Shown piece after piece: positions 34,753 to 43,179 of a stretch of DNA of 64,000 nucleotides. The stretch spans positions 1,640 to 65,639 of the forward strand of contig JBOGWB010000086.1 in the NCBI GenBank assembly GCA_050693035.1, given 5' to 3'. The position numbers were made by a program, and so were the translations under genes. The notes under the pieces are model-generated. The model saw only the letters and a program-made list of their open reading frames with translations. It was not told where the DNA came from and made no database searches. Each line of letters begins with the position of its first letter. The first letter of the stretch is position 1. Source of the stretch: Actinomycetota bacterium (lineage in GTDB: Bacteria; Actinomycetota; UBA4738; CALAEC01).

Positions 34753-34827
34753 ATGATCGGTACCCTGAAGCTGGATTCGGGCGATCCTTGTTGCCCTCCC
34801 GACTGCTGCCCGCCGGGCTGCTGCTAG
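34753..34827 (+). CDS. 24-codon Cys-rich micro-ORF (MIGTLKLDSGDPCCPPDCCPPGCC), candidate mini-metallothionein-like peptide
   Basis: It is not in the ORF track because it is under 60 aa. ATG 34753 is preceded by GAGGAGG (34739-34745), and TAG is at 34825-34827. It has 6 Cys as three CC pairs and about 74% GC at third positions (17/23, hand count). It is divergent from the ArsR gene across the operator. Confidence 0.4.
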   Translation: MIGTLKLDSGDPCCPPDCCPPGCC

Positions 34828-34849
34828 TCCGGGCGGTCCTCGGGGTTCC

Positions 34850-35746
34850 CTAGTGGAGGACGAGGGCGCGTACGGCAGGGAGGCCGGACGCGGCCTGCCC
34901 CCACGTCCGGCCCTCGTCCTCCGACAGGAACACCTCGCCGGCCTCCGTGCCGAATGCCACCGAGGTCCCGGAAGCGGCCAGGCAGTGCGTGTCGATGTTC
35001 CCAGGGAACCACTCCGGGAGGCCGCCGGCGCACCGCTCGAACGGTCCGTCGCTCTGCAGTGGACGCCGATAGAGCGCCGCGCTGCCGCCGCGCGGGCCGG
35101 TCGAGGCGCTCACCAGAATCGTGTCTCCGGCGATCGCCACCGCTCGCGAGTACGAGGCGTGGAGGCCCTCGTCGTGGAACGACCAGGAGTCGCCGCCGTC
35201 GTCGCTGCGAGCCAGCCCCCAGGCCGTGGAGGCGAGCACGAGGCCGGGCAGATCAGGATGGGCCAGGACCTGGTGCACGTCGGCGTCGATGTCGATGGTC
35301 GGTTCCCAGGAATCGCCGCCATCCGGTGAGCGCACGATCCCACCGACGTGGACGTTCACGTAGATGGTCCCGTGGCTCGCGGACATCGACCGCGTGTCCG
35401 GCGGCCCACCCCATGGGGTGTACCACTTCTCCCGCCCCTCGACCTCGTCGAAGGAGGCGACCGGCCCGACGGTCCCGCCGCTCACCCGGAACAGGCGGGC
35501 TTCACCGGTCCCCACGTACGGGCCGTTTCCATGCGCGAGGAGGCACCTGGCGCGACTCGGGATCTCTGTCACGCCTTCCCAGGAGCCTCCCACCAACCCT
35601 CGAAACACGCTCGTCTCGTCGAGGATCGCCCACAGGTGGATGCCTTCGGCGGCAAGGGCGGTGCACGACTCACCCCTCAGGTGTCCGGTGCCGCCCTCCC
35701 CCACGACCTCAATCCCGGAGGCCGTGCCCGCCACGATGATGGCCAC
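34850..35746 (-). CDS. BNR/Asp-box-containing beta-propeller protein (Ycf48/sialidase-like fold)
   Basis: 298-aa ORF with Asp-box-like motifs SPDGGDSW, SDDGGDSW and SEDEGRTW, and repeated Gly/Ala-rich beta-strand segments. No signal peptide. Confidence 0.65.
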   Translation of the reverse strand: MAIIVAGTASGIEVVGEGGTGHLRGESCTALAAEGIHLWAILDETSVFRGLVGGSWEGVTEIPSRARCLLAHGNGPYVGTGEARLFRVSGGTVGPVASFDEVEGREKWYTPWGGPPDTRSMSASHGTIYVNVHVGGIVRSPDGGDSWEPTIDIDADVHQVLAHPDLPGLVLASTAWGLARSDDGGDSWSFHDEGLHASYSRAVAIAGDTILVSASTGPRGGSAALYRRPLQSDGPFERCAGGLPEWFPGNIDTHCLAASGTSVAFGTEAGEVFLSEDEGRTWGQAASGLPAVRALVLH

Positions 35747-35813
35747 GAGGCGCAGCCTACTGCGACCGGTGGGTTAGGGTGGCCCCGTGCTGGGGGAACA
35801 GGAGGCCGTGGTG

Positions 35814-35996
35814 ATGGAGGTCCGCCCCTTCGACCTCCACGGGGTGATCTACCACGACGTGACCCTGAAGTTCGTCGACGGTTCCGCCGAGGGGGCTCGC
35901 CTCGGCCCCGAGGCCGTACCGGCGGATCTCCGGGCCGGGGAACGGGTGCTCGCCACCCGGGTGGCGAACCTGGTCATCTCCCTGCGACGGCCCTAG
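35814..35996 (+). CDS. Small hypothetical protein
   Basis: ATG 35814 with AGGAGG 8 nt upstream (track ORF starts at 35787). It is 60 aa, MEVRPFDLHGVIYHDVTLKFVDGSAEG.... No family recognised. Confidence 0.35.
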   Translation: MEVRPFDLHGVIYHDVTLKFVDGSAEGARLGPEAVPADLRAGERVLATRVANLVISLRRP

Positions 35997-36577
35997 CCGG
36001 TCTCCTGCCAGGAGTAGCGCTCCTCACGCCAGGGATCGGCCCGGTTGTGGTAGCCGCGCTCCTCCCAGTACCCGCGGACGTCCCGTTCGAGGAACAGCAC
36101 GCGGTTCGCCCACTTGACGCTCTTCCACGCGTAGAGCGTGGGGACGACCAACCGGAGTGGACCACCGTGCTCCGGTAGGAGAGCTTCGCCGTCGTGTGCC
36201 CACGCGAAGAGACCGTCCTCGAGAAGTGTTTGGAGGGGAAGGTTCGCCGTGTAGCCGTACGGCGCGTGGATCAGTGCGTGAGTCACCTCGGGCCTCGGCA
36301 TGGCTCGGGCCGCCACTTCGCGGAAGAGCACCCCTTCCCACTCGTTGTCGAGACGGGACCATCCGGTCACGCAGTGCATATCGGCGACGACCTTGGCCGG
36401 AGGGAGGACACGGAACTGGTCCCACGTCCACTCCATCTCCTCGTCCACTGCACCGAAGCACCGGAACCGCCACCGATCCTCATCGAACGTCGGGATGGGG
36501 CTGGCATGGAGGATGGGCCACCCCTTGGTCAGGTGCTGGCCCGGCGGAACGCGTGCCGCGGGATCCGCGGCAGTCAC
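35993..36577 (-). CDS. Sulfite-oxidase-family molybdopterin-binding oxidoreductase (MsrP/YedY-like catalytic core)
   Basis: GTG at 36577 (minus strand) overlaps the stop of the upstream small gene (GTGA). Features: WRFRCFGAV...WTWDQF, VADMHCVTGWSRLDNEWEGV (Mo-ligand Cys context), GGPLRLVVPTLYAWKSVKW, and GYWEERGYH. Confidence 0.8.
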   Translation of the reverse strand: MTAADPAARVPPGQHLTKGWPILHASPIPTFDEDRWRFRCFGAVDEEMEWTWDQFRVLPPAKVVADMHCVTGWSRLDNEWEGVLFREVAARAMPRPEVTHALIHAPYGYTANLPLQTLLEDGLFAWAHDGEALLPEHGGPLRLVVPTLYAWKSVKWANRVLFLERDVRGYWEERGYHNRADPWREERYSWQETG

Positions 36578-36813
36578 CGGCCCGCCTCGAGGCGGTCGAG
36601 GTCCTCGAAGCGGCGGGTGATCTGGGCGGAGATCGACTCGGCCGCGCCCCGATCCTCCAGCCGGTCCGCCGCCTCCCTTGCGTTCCGCAGCGTCGCCCTG
36701 GCCTGCTCGTAGGCCTTCGCCGGGTCGCGGTTCTGCGCGTACTTCACGAACTCGTCGGCCCGCTCGACCATTCGCCACACGTCCTGCGGGCTGTTGTTCG
36801 TCCCCTCGTCCAT
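36574..36813 (-). CDS. Small all-helical protein, translationally coupled to the Mo oxidoreductase
   Basis: 79-aa frame from ATG 36813 to TGA 36574-36576, inside track ORF 36574-37230. Sequence: MDEGTNNSPQDVWRMVERADEFVKYAQNRDPAKAYEQARATLRNAREAADRLEDRGAAE.... No family recognised. Confidence 0.45.
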   Translation of the reverse strand: MDEGTNNSPQDVWRMVERADEFVKYAQNRDPAKAYEQARATLRNAREAADRLEDRGAAESISAQITRRFEDLDRLEAGR

Positions 36814-36867
36814 CCCGGCAAGGATACGCCGGGGTCGGTCGCGCCGCGCCGGGAGTACGCTCCCTTC

Positions 36868-37881
36868 ATGAAGCGGGCAGGACGGCGAACCAATCTCGCT
36901 CTGCTGGCCGTGGTGACGGTGGCGCTCCTGACGGGGTTCCTGGCGTACGGCGTCGGTACCGAGTGGGGGAGATGGGTCGTCGCCGCGCACGGCGTCACGG
37001 GGCTGGCCATCGTGGGCCTGGCTCCGTGGAAATCGGTGATCGTGCGGCGGGGCGTGGTCAGGCGCCGGCCCGGCTTCGCCGCGTCCATCGCCCTGACCGT
37101 GCTGGCCCTCCTGACGATCCTGACCGGGGTCCTGCACGCGACGGGACTCGGAGTCTCCCTCGGCCCGGTCACCTCCCTCCAGGTACACGTCGGTGCGGCG
37201 CTCGCGGTGATCCCCCTCGCCGTGTGGCATGTCCTGGCACGTCCGGTGCGCCCTCGGCGCACAGACATGACCAGGCGGAGCTTGCTCCGGGCGGGAACGC
37301 TTCTCGGCGGGGCCGCCCTCGGCTACGCCGCCGCCGAGGGTCTGGTCCGGGTGGCTTCGCTTCCGGGAGCGGATCGGCGGTTCACCGGGTCCTACGAGGC
37401 GGGCTCGCTGCGGCCGGAGGCCCTTCCCGTGACCCAGTGGCTCGACGACAGAGTCCAGGAGATCGCTCCGAGGAGCTGGCGACTGACCGTCGTCACCGCG
37501 GAGGCCGCCCGGGAAATTGCCTACGAGGAGCTGGTGGCCTTCGATGACCGGGTCCGCGCCGTGCTGGATTGCACCGGCGGGTGGTTCTCCGAGCAGGAGT
37601 GGGAAGGGGTGACCCTGGACCGGCTGATCCCCGATCCCGGGGAAGCGAGGAGCGTCGTGGTGCGCTCCGTCACAGGTTACTCGAGACGGTTGCCCGTCCG
37701 CGACCTGCCGAGCATGCTCCTGGCCCTACGGCTCGGCGGCGAGCCGCTTCCATCGGGACACGGGTTCCCGGCGAGGCTGGTCGCTCCGGGGCGCCGGGGG
37801 TTCTGGTGGGTGAAGTGGGTCTCGCGCATCGAGACCAGCCCGGCTCCGTGGTGGTGGCAGTCGCCCTTCCCGTTGACGTGA
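36868..37881 (+). CDS. Membrane-anchored sulfite-oxidase-family molybdopterin oxidoreductase (N-terminal multi-TM domain fused to Mo domain)
   Basis: ATG 36868 in track ORF 36157-37881. About 4 TM helices come first, then an internal Tat-signal-like stretch (TRRSLLRAGTLLGGAALGYAAA), then Mo-domain motifs LDCTGGWFSEQEWEGV, GHGFPARLVAPGRRGFWWVKWV. Confidence 0.8.
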   Translation: MKRAGRRTNLALLAVVTVALLTGFLAYGVGTEWGRWVVAAHGVTGLAIVGLAPWKSVIVRRGVVRRRPGFAASIALTVLALLTILTGVLHATGLGVSLGPVTSLQVHVGAALAVIPLAVWHVLARPVRPRRTDMTRRSLLRAGTLLGGAALGYAAAEGLVRVASLPGADRRFTGSYEAGSLRPEALPVTQWLDDRVQEIAPRSWRLTVVTAEAAREIAYEELVAFDDRVRAVLDCTGGWFSEQEWEGVTLDRLIPDPGEARSVVVRSVTGYSRRLPVRDLPSMLLALRLGGEPLPSGHGFPARLVAPGRRGFWWVKWVSRIETSPAPWWWQSPFPLT

Positions 37882-37902
37882 TCGTTGAGCAGGAGGTCGG
37901 GG

Positions 37903-39342
37903 ATGGATGAGAGCGCCGGAAGGGGCCCGCATCTGGGAGAGCTTCGGGAGGCGCTGAGCCTCGCCGCCGGTGAGGCCCTCCGTTTCCTCGAGACGCTGCC
38001 CGAGCAACCGGTCCGCCCGAAGGGCGCGGACGAGGCGGCGATGCGGTTCGGAGGGCCGCTTCCCGAGAAGGGAGACGGAGCGACGGCGGCCATCCGGACG
38101 CTGCTCGACGACGGCATGGACGCGGTGATCCGCTCGGCGGGGCCCCGCTTCTTCCATTTCGTGATCGGAGGTTCCACGCCCGCGGCCCTGGCGGCCGACT
38201 GGCTGGCTTCCGCCTTCGACCAGAACAACGGGGCCTGGCTGGCCACCCCCCTGGCCGCGCGGCTCGAGGCGGTGTCGCTCTCGTGGCTCAAGGAGCTGTT
38301 CAGGGTGCCGGCATCCTGGGGAGGAGTCCTCACGACCGGCGCGACCATGGCCAACTTCGTCGGCCTCGCCTGCGCCCGGCGGTGGTGGGCGGAGCGTCAC
38401 GGGGTCGACGTCGACGAGCAGGGATTGTCGGGGCTGCCGGAGGTGCCGGTGTTCTCCAGCGGCTACATCCACCCGAGCGCGACGAAGGCGCTGGCCATGC
38501 TGGGGTTGGGTCGCTCCCGCGTTCGGAGGTTCAGCGCGGACGACGGGGGCCGGCTCGATCTCGAGGCGCTCGAACGGGCGCTGCGTGACCTTCGAGGCGC
38601 TCCGGCGATCCTCGTGGCGAACGCGGGTGAGGTGAACGCGGGAGACTTCGACCCCATCGCAAGGGTGGCCGACCTGGCCGACCAGCACGGGGCGTGGTTG
38701 CACGTCGACGGAGCGTTCGGGCTGTTCGCAGCGGTGTCCCCGCGGACGAGTCACCTCGTGGAAGGGATCGAGCGGGCTCACTCGGTCATCGCAGACGGCC
38801 ACAAGTGGCTGAACGTTCCGTACGACTGTGGGTTCGCCTTCGTCCGCGACCCGGCGCTCTTGGCTCCGGTGTTCAGCTTCGCGGCCGCGTACCTTCCGAG
38901 GGTCGACGACCCCCGACCGAACTTCATGATCTTAGGGCCCGAGGCGTCTCGTCGCGCGCGGAGCCTGCCGGTGTGGGCCACCCTTCACGCGTACGGTCGG
39001 GCGGGGGTGCGTGAGATCGTCGAACGGCACCTCCTCCTGGCGCAACGCGTGGCGCGGCGGGTGGACGAAGCGGCCGACCTCGAACGGCTGGCGGAGGTCC
39101 CGTTGAACATCGTGTGCTTCCGGTACCGTCCGGAAGGCGTGCCGGCAGAACACCTGGACGACCTGAACCGGCGATTGGGAGAGGCGGTCCTGGCGGACGG
39201 CCGCGTCTACGTCGGGACGACGGTGTACCGCGGTCGGGTTGCGTTCCGGCCCGCGATCGTGAACTGGATGACGGGCGAGGGGGACGTCGACCTGCTCGTC
39301 GACGTGATCCGGGAGTTGGGGGCGCGGCTCCTCGAGGGCTAG
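37903..39342 (+). CDS. PLP-dependent group II decarboxylase
   Basis: ATG 37903 with AGGAGG 6 nt upstream. Features: GGVLTTGATMANFVGL, AWLHVDGAFG, and the PLP-lysine context SVIADGHKWLNVPYDCGFAF. Confidence 0.85.
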   Translation: MDESAGRGPHLGELREALSLAAGEALRFLETLPEQPVRPKGADEAAMRFGGPLPEKGDGATAAIRTLLDDGMDAVIRSAGPRFFHFVIGGSTPAALAADWLASAFDQNNGAWLATPLAARLEAVSLSWLKELFRVPASWGGVLTTGATMANFVGLACARRWWAERHGVDVDEQGLSGLPEVPVFSSGYIHPSATKALAMLGLGRSRVRRFSADDGGRLDLEALERALRDLRGAPAILVANAGEVNAGDFDPIARVADLADQHGAWLHVDGAFGLFAAVSPRTSHLVEGIERAHSVIADGHKWLNVPYDCGFAFVRDPALLAPVFSFAAAYLPRVDDPRPNFMILGPEASRRARSLPVWATLHAYGRAGVREIVERHLLLAQRVARRVDEAADLERLAEVPLNIVCFRYRPEGVPAEHLDDLNRRLGEAVLADGRVYVGTTVYRGRVAFRPAIVNWMTGEGDVDLLVDVIRELGARLLEG

Positions 39343-39929
39343 CGGGGAGGCCGGCCTCCGTCGTCCCCACCGATGCGGCGGTAGGCCTGCCAGGTGTCCA
39401 CGTCGTCGGGCGGGTCGCCGCCCACCTCGACAGCGGTCACGCGGTCGGGCGCTCGAGCCAGGATGTCGCGCGCTCCGACGTCCCCCTCCACCTGCTGGAT
39501 CTCCGCCCATATCTTCCGGTCGAGGAGGACCGGGTGACCCGGCCGGCCGCCGTAGGACGCTTGCACGACGGGACCACCCGCTTCCTCGAACACCGCGACC
39601 ACCGCTCGGATGGCGGTGGGCGAGACCAGAGGCTGGTCGCCGAGGAGGATGACGGCGGCGCCGGTTTCGGGGCCCAGAGCCCGCAGGCCGGCTGCGAGCG
39701 ACGTCGACTGTCCTTCGGCGTAGCGGGGATTCATCGTGGTCCGCGCTCCCTTCGGGAGGCGGAGCGCGGCCGCCACGTCGTCCGCCTCGTGTCCGAGGAC
39801 CACGATCACCTCGTCGAGGCCGGCTTCACTCGCCGCGTCGATCGCGTGCTGGAGGAGCGGTTTTCCGCCGAGGGGAAGGAGCTGCTTGGGGCGGCCGAGT
39901 CGTGACGAGGTCCCAGCGGCGAGAATCAC
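39339..39929 (-). CDS. mocA: Molybdenum cofactor cytidylyltransferase (MobA-like NTP transferase, MocA type)
   Basis: 196-aa ORF. Features: MILAAGTSSRLGRPKQLLPLGGKPLL, VILLGDQPLV, GHPVLL. It is 8 nt downstream of xdhC on the same strand. Confidence 0.8.
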   Translation of the reverse strand: MILAAGTSSRLGRPKQLLPLGGKPLLQHAIDAASEAGLDEVIVVLGHEADDVAAALRLPKGARTTMNPRYAEGQSTSLAAGLRALGPETGAAVILLGDQPLVSPTAIRAVVAVFEEAGGPVVQASYGGRPGHPVLLDRKIWAEIQQVEGDVGARDILARAPDRVTAVEVGGDPPDDVDTWQAYRRIGGDDGGRPPR

Positions 39930-39937
39930 CGCAGCGA

Positions 39938-41095
39938 TCAGGAGTCGTCCTCGCTCATCAGAGTCAGAGACGCCTGTCGCTGCTCGTGGATTGGGCCCTC
40001 TCGCTCCCGCAGGAAGCCGCCCTTCCGTTCTCTCCTTACCGCCATGATCTCCGCCACGATGGCCGCGGCGATCTCCTCTGGTCCCTCTGCTCCGACGTCG
40101 AGTCCGGCCGGCCCGTGCATCTTGGTCAGGTCCTGGTCCGTTGGCTGGATTCCCTCTCGGGCAAGGTTCTCGAGCAGCCGCTCCAGACGTGGCCGCGGGC
40201 CGAGCATCCCGATGTACGCGACGTCCGTCCCCAGGAGCGACCTGAGGTATCCGAGGTCCCGGAGGAAGTTGTGAGTCATCACCACCGCATGCGTGCGACG
40301 GTCGGCGCGGGCGGCTTCGGCGACCGAAGCGGGTTCCGTGAGAACGAAGTCACTCGCCTCCGGGAATCGCTCGGGTGTGAGGAACGCTTCGCGGTCGTCG
40401 GCCACGGTCACCCGCCAGCCGAGTGAAGCAGCATGGCGAACGAGCGGAATCGCGTCGTGCCCGGCACCGCACACCAGGACGCGGGGCGGAGGCTCGAGCA
40501 CCTCGACGAAGGCGCGGACGTCTCCCTCCTTGGATTCGATCACCACGATCTGGGAGAGCCCGTCTTGGATGGCGTGCTCCGCCTCGTGGGCGAAGGCCAG
40601 GTCGTCGGCGTCCGTTGAACCCAGCGTTCCGTCTCGGCCCCCGTCCGGGTGCACGATCATGTGATTGCCCGGCCGCACGGCATCGATGCCGGACTCGAGC
40701 ACCGTGACGTGCGCGATCGGCCGATCCTCTTCCAGAGCACGTCGTAGCGCCCGGGCCACATCCGCCGCCCGGTCGGCCGGCTCGACGAAAACGTCGATGA
40801 CGCCGTTGCAGCCGAGGCCCCACCCCCACACGGCCTCGTCGTCGGCCGTCAGGTCGAACGAGAGAAGGTGCGGCGTGCCGCTCTCCATCACCTCCCGCGC
40901 CGCCTCCTTCACCTCGCCCTCCAAGCAGCCTCCGGAGATGTTCCCCACCATCGAACCGGTCTCGGGGACGAGCAAGCGCGCGCCGGGGCGCCGGTACGTG
41001 GACCCCTTGACCGCGACGATGGTTGCCAGCGCCATGCGCTCGCCGCGGGTCGAGAGCGACTCGATGGCCCGAAGGACCTCGGCGAGCTCGCTCAC
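39938..41095 (-). CDS. xdhC: XdhC/CoxI-family molybdenum hydroxylase accessory (Moco insertion) protein
   Basis: GTG 41095 within track ORF 39938-41881. Features: MALATIVAVKGSTYRRPGARLLV...GNISGGCLE (XdhC_CoxI N-domain) and VLVCGAGHDAIPLVRHAASLGWRVTVADDR (Rossmann-like C-domain). Confidence 0.85.
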   Translation of the reverse strand: MSELAEVLRAIESLSTRGERMALATIVAVKGSTYRRPGARLLVPETGSMVGNISGGCLEGEVKEAAREVMESGTPHLLSFDLTADDEAVWGWGLGCNGVIDVFVEPADRAADVARALRRALEEDRPIAHVTVLESGIDAVRPGNHMIVHPDGGRDGTLGSTDADDLAFAHEAEHAIQDGLSQIVVIESKEGDVRAFVEVLEPPPRVLVCGAGHDAIPLVRHAASLGWRVTVADDREAFLTPERFPEASDFVLTEPASVAEAARADRRTHAVVMTHNFLRDLGYLRSLLGTDVAYIGMLGPRPRLERLLENLAREGIQPTDQDLTKMHGPAGLDVGAEGPEEIAAAIVAEIMAVRRERKGGFLREREGPIHEQRQASLTLMSEDDS

Positions 41096-41103
41096 GATCG
41101 TGG

Positions 41104-43080
41104 CTATTCTCCCTGGGCCGCCTCGGTTGCGGCGCGGTCCCGGATCTCGTCGACCACAGTGGGGTCGGCGAGCGTAGTCGTATCCCCGAGCGGACGGTTC
41201 TCCGCCACATCCCTCAGCAGCCGCCGCATGATCTTCCCCGACCGTGTCTTGGGGAGGTCGGGTGTGAAGACGATGTTGGCCGGCTTGGCGATGGGCCCGA
41301 TCTTGGCGGCCACGTGCTCCCGGAGTTCCTCCATCATTTTCACCGAGGTCTTCGCGCTCCCCTTGAGGGTGACGAAGGCCACGATGGCCTGTCCGGTCTG
41401 GGGATCGCTCCGTCCGCACACGGCGGCCTCGGCCACACTGGGGTGGTCCACCAGCGCGCTCTCGACCTCGATGGTGGAGATCCGGTGCGCCGACACGTTC
41501 ATGACGTCGTCCACCCGGCCGAGGAGCCAGAAGTAGCCGTCCCCTTCGATCCGGGCTCCGTCGCCGGTGAAGTACACCCCCGGGAAGCGGCTCCAGTACG
41601 TCTCGCGGTAGCGCTGGTCGTCCTTGTAGATCCCCCTGAGCATGGCCGGCCAGGGGCGACGCAGGACTAGGTACCCGCCGCCCCCGCCGGGCCCGATCTC
41701 CTCCCCCTGGTCGTTGAACACCGCCGCGTCGATGGTGGGGAACGGCCTCGTGGCGGAGCCTGGCTTCAGCGTCGTGATGCCGGGCAGCGGAGTGATGAGG
41801 ATCATCCCGGTCTCCGTCTGCCACCATGTATCGACCACCGGGATGCGCCCAGCGCCGATGTGCTCCCGGTACCACACCCATGCCTCTGGGTTGATCGGTT
41901 CTCCGACAGTGCCGAGGAGGCGGAGTGATGACAGGTCATGCTTCTGGGCGTACTCCTCTCCCCACTTCATGTGCGCCCGGATCGCCGTGGGCGCGGTGTA
42001 GAGGATGTTCACCTTGTACCGCTCCACGATGTCCCACCAGCGGTCCTTGTCGGGGTAGTCCGGGGTCCCCTCGTAGATGACCCCGGTGGTGGCGTTGCAG
42101 AGCGGCCCGTACACGATGTAGCTGTGCCCGGTGACCCACCCGATGTCGGCGGCGCACCAGTACACGTCATCGGGCTTCACGTCGAAGATGTAGTGGTGCG
42201 TCGCGGAGATGCCCACGAGGTAGCCCGCGGTGGTGTGGACGATCCCCTTCGGTTTGGCGGTGGTGCCGCTCGTGTACAGGAGATAGAGGAGATCTTCGGA
42301 GTCCATCTCCTCGCAGGGGCACGTGGCCGGATCGTCGCTCACGCCCTGGACCACCTCGTCCCACCAGACGTCGCGGCCCTCCTCCATCTGGATCTCGTTT
42401 CCCACCCGCCGCACCACCACGACCCGCTTCACCGAGGGCGACCGGGCAGCGGCTTCGTCGGAATTCCCCTTGAGCGGAACGACGCTTCCCCGTCGCCATC
42501 CGCCGTCCTGCGTGATGAGGAGCTCGCACTCCATGTCGTTCAGCCGCCCGGCGAGGGAATCCGCGCTGAACCCCCCGAACACCACCGTGTGGGGGGCGCC
42601 GATCCGGGTGCAGGCGAGCATGGCGATGGGCAGCTCGGGCACCATCCCCATGTAGATGCCGACCGGGGTGCCCCTCCCGACGCCGAGTTGCTTGAGGCCG
42701 TTGGCGAATCGCACCACCTCCCGCTGGAGCTCCGCGAACGTGAAGGCCCGGCGGTCGTCGGCGGGTTCGCCCTCCCAGTAGTAGGCGACCTTGTCGCCGA
42801 GACCGCTCTCCACGTGGCGGTCCAGGCAGTTGTAGGCGACGTTCAGCCGGCCGCCTCCGTACCACTTGGCGTAGGGCGCCTTCCACTCGAGCACCTTGTC
42901 GAAGGGCTTGAACCACGTGACGCGGCTCTGCCCTTCGGCCTGCCAGAACTCCTCGAAGTCACGCTCGTAGATGTCAGGCTGCGCATTCGCCTGCTCGGAG
43001 AACTCGGGCGCAGGCGGGTAGGTGCGCTGTTCGAGAAACAGCGTATCGATGGCCTGTTCGGAGGTCTCGCCGTTCCCCAT
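41104..43080 (-). CDS. acs: Acetyl-CoA synthetase (AMP-forming)
   Basis: ATG 43080 within track ORF 41104-43461, 658 aa. Features: WFKPFDKVLEW, LNVAYNCLDRH, YTSGTTAKPKG (AMP motif), WWQTETG, YFTGDGARIEGDGYFWLLGRVDDV, LPKTRSGKIMRR. Confidence 0.92.
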   Translation of the reverse strand: MGNGETSEQAIDTLFLEQRTYPPAPEFSEQANAQPDIYERDFEEFWQAEGQSRVTWFKPFDKVLEWKAPYAKWYGGGRLNVAYNCLDRHVESGLGDKVAYYWEGEPADDRRAFTFAELQREVVRFANGLKQLGVGRGTPVGIYMGMVPELPIAMLACTRIGAPHTVVFGGFSADSLAGRLNDMECELLITQDGGWRRGSVVPLKGNSDEAAARSPSVKRVVVVRRVGNEIQMEEGRDVWWDEVVQGVSDDPATCPCEEMDSEDLLYLLYTSGTTAKPKGIVHTTAGYLVGISATHHYIFDVKPDDVYWCAADIGWVTGHSYIVYGPLCNATTGVIYEGTPDYPDKDRWWDIVERYKVNILYTAPTAIRAHMKWGEEYAQKHDLSSLRLLGTVGEPINPEAWVWYREHIGAGRIPVVDTWWQTETGMILITPLPGITTLKPGSATRPFPTIDAAVFNDQGEEIGPGGGGGYLVLRRPWPAMLRGIYKDDQRYRETYWSRFPGVYFTGDGARIEGDGYFWLLGRVDDVMNVSAHRISTIEVESALVDHPSVAEAAVCGRSDPQTGQAIVAFVTLKGSAKTSVKMMEELREHVAAKIGPIAKPANIVFTPDLPKTRSGKIMRRLLRDVAENRPLGDTTTLADPTVVDEIRDRAATEAAQGE

Positions 43081-43179
43081 GCATGCCTCCTCCTCGCGCT
43101 TTCCCGACATTCTTCCATCGGGCCGCACCGCGGCGCGAGTGCCGGGCGCCGGGCCCTCAGGGCTATCATCCCTTGTGAC

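Noticed and set aside
41938-43179. N-terminal 414 codons of track ORF 41938-44475, upstream of the MoaB-XdhC fusion.
   Set aside because: This part is fully antisense to acs, whose identity is unambiguous, and it shows no motifs. MoaB-like sequence starts at ATG 43180.
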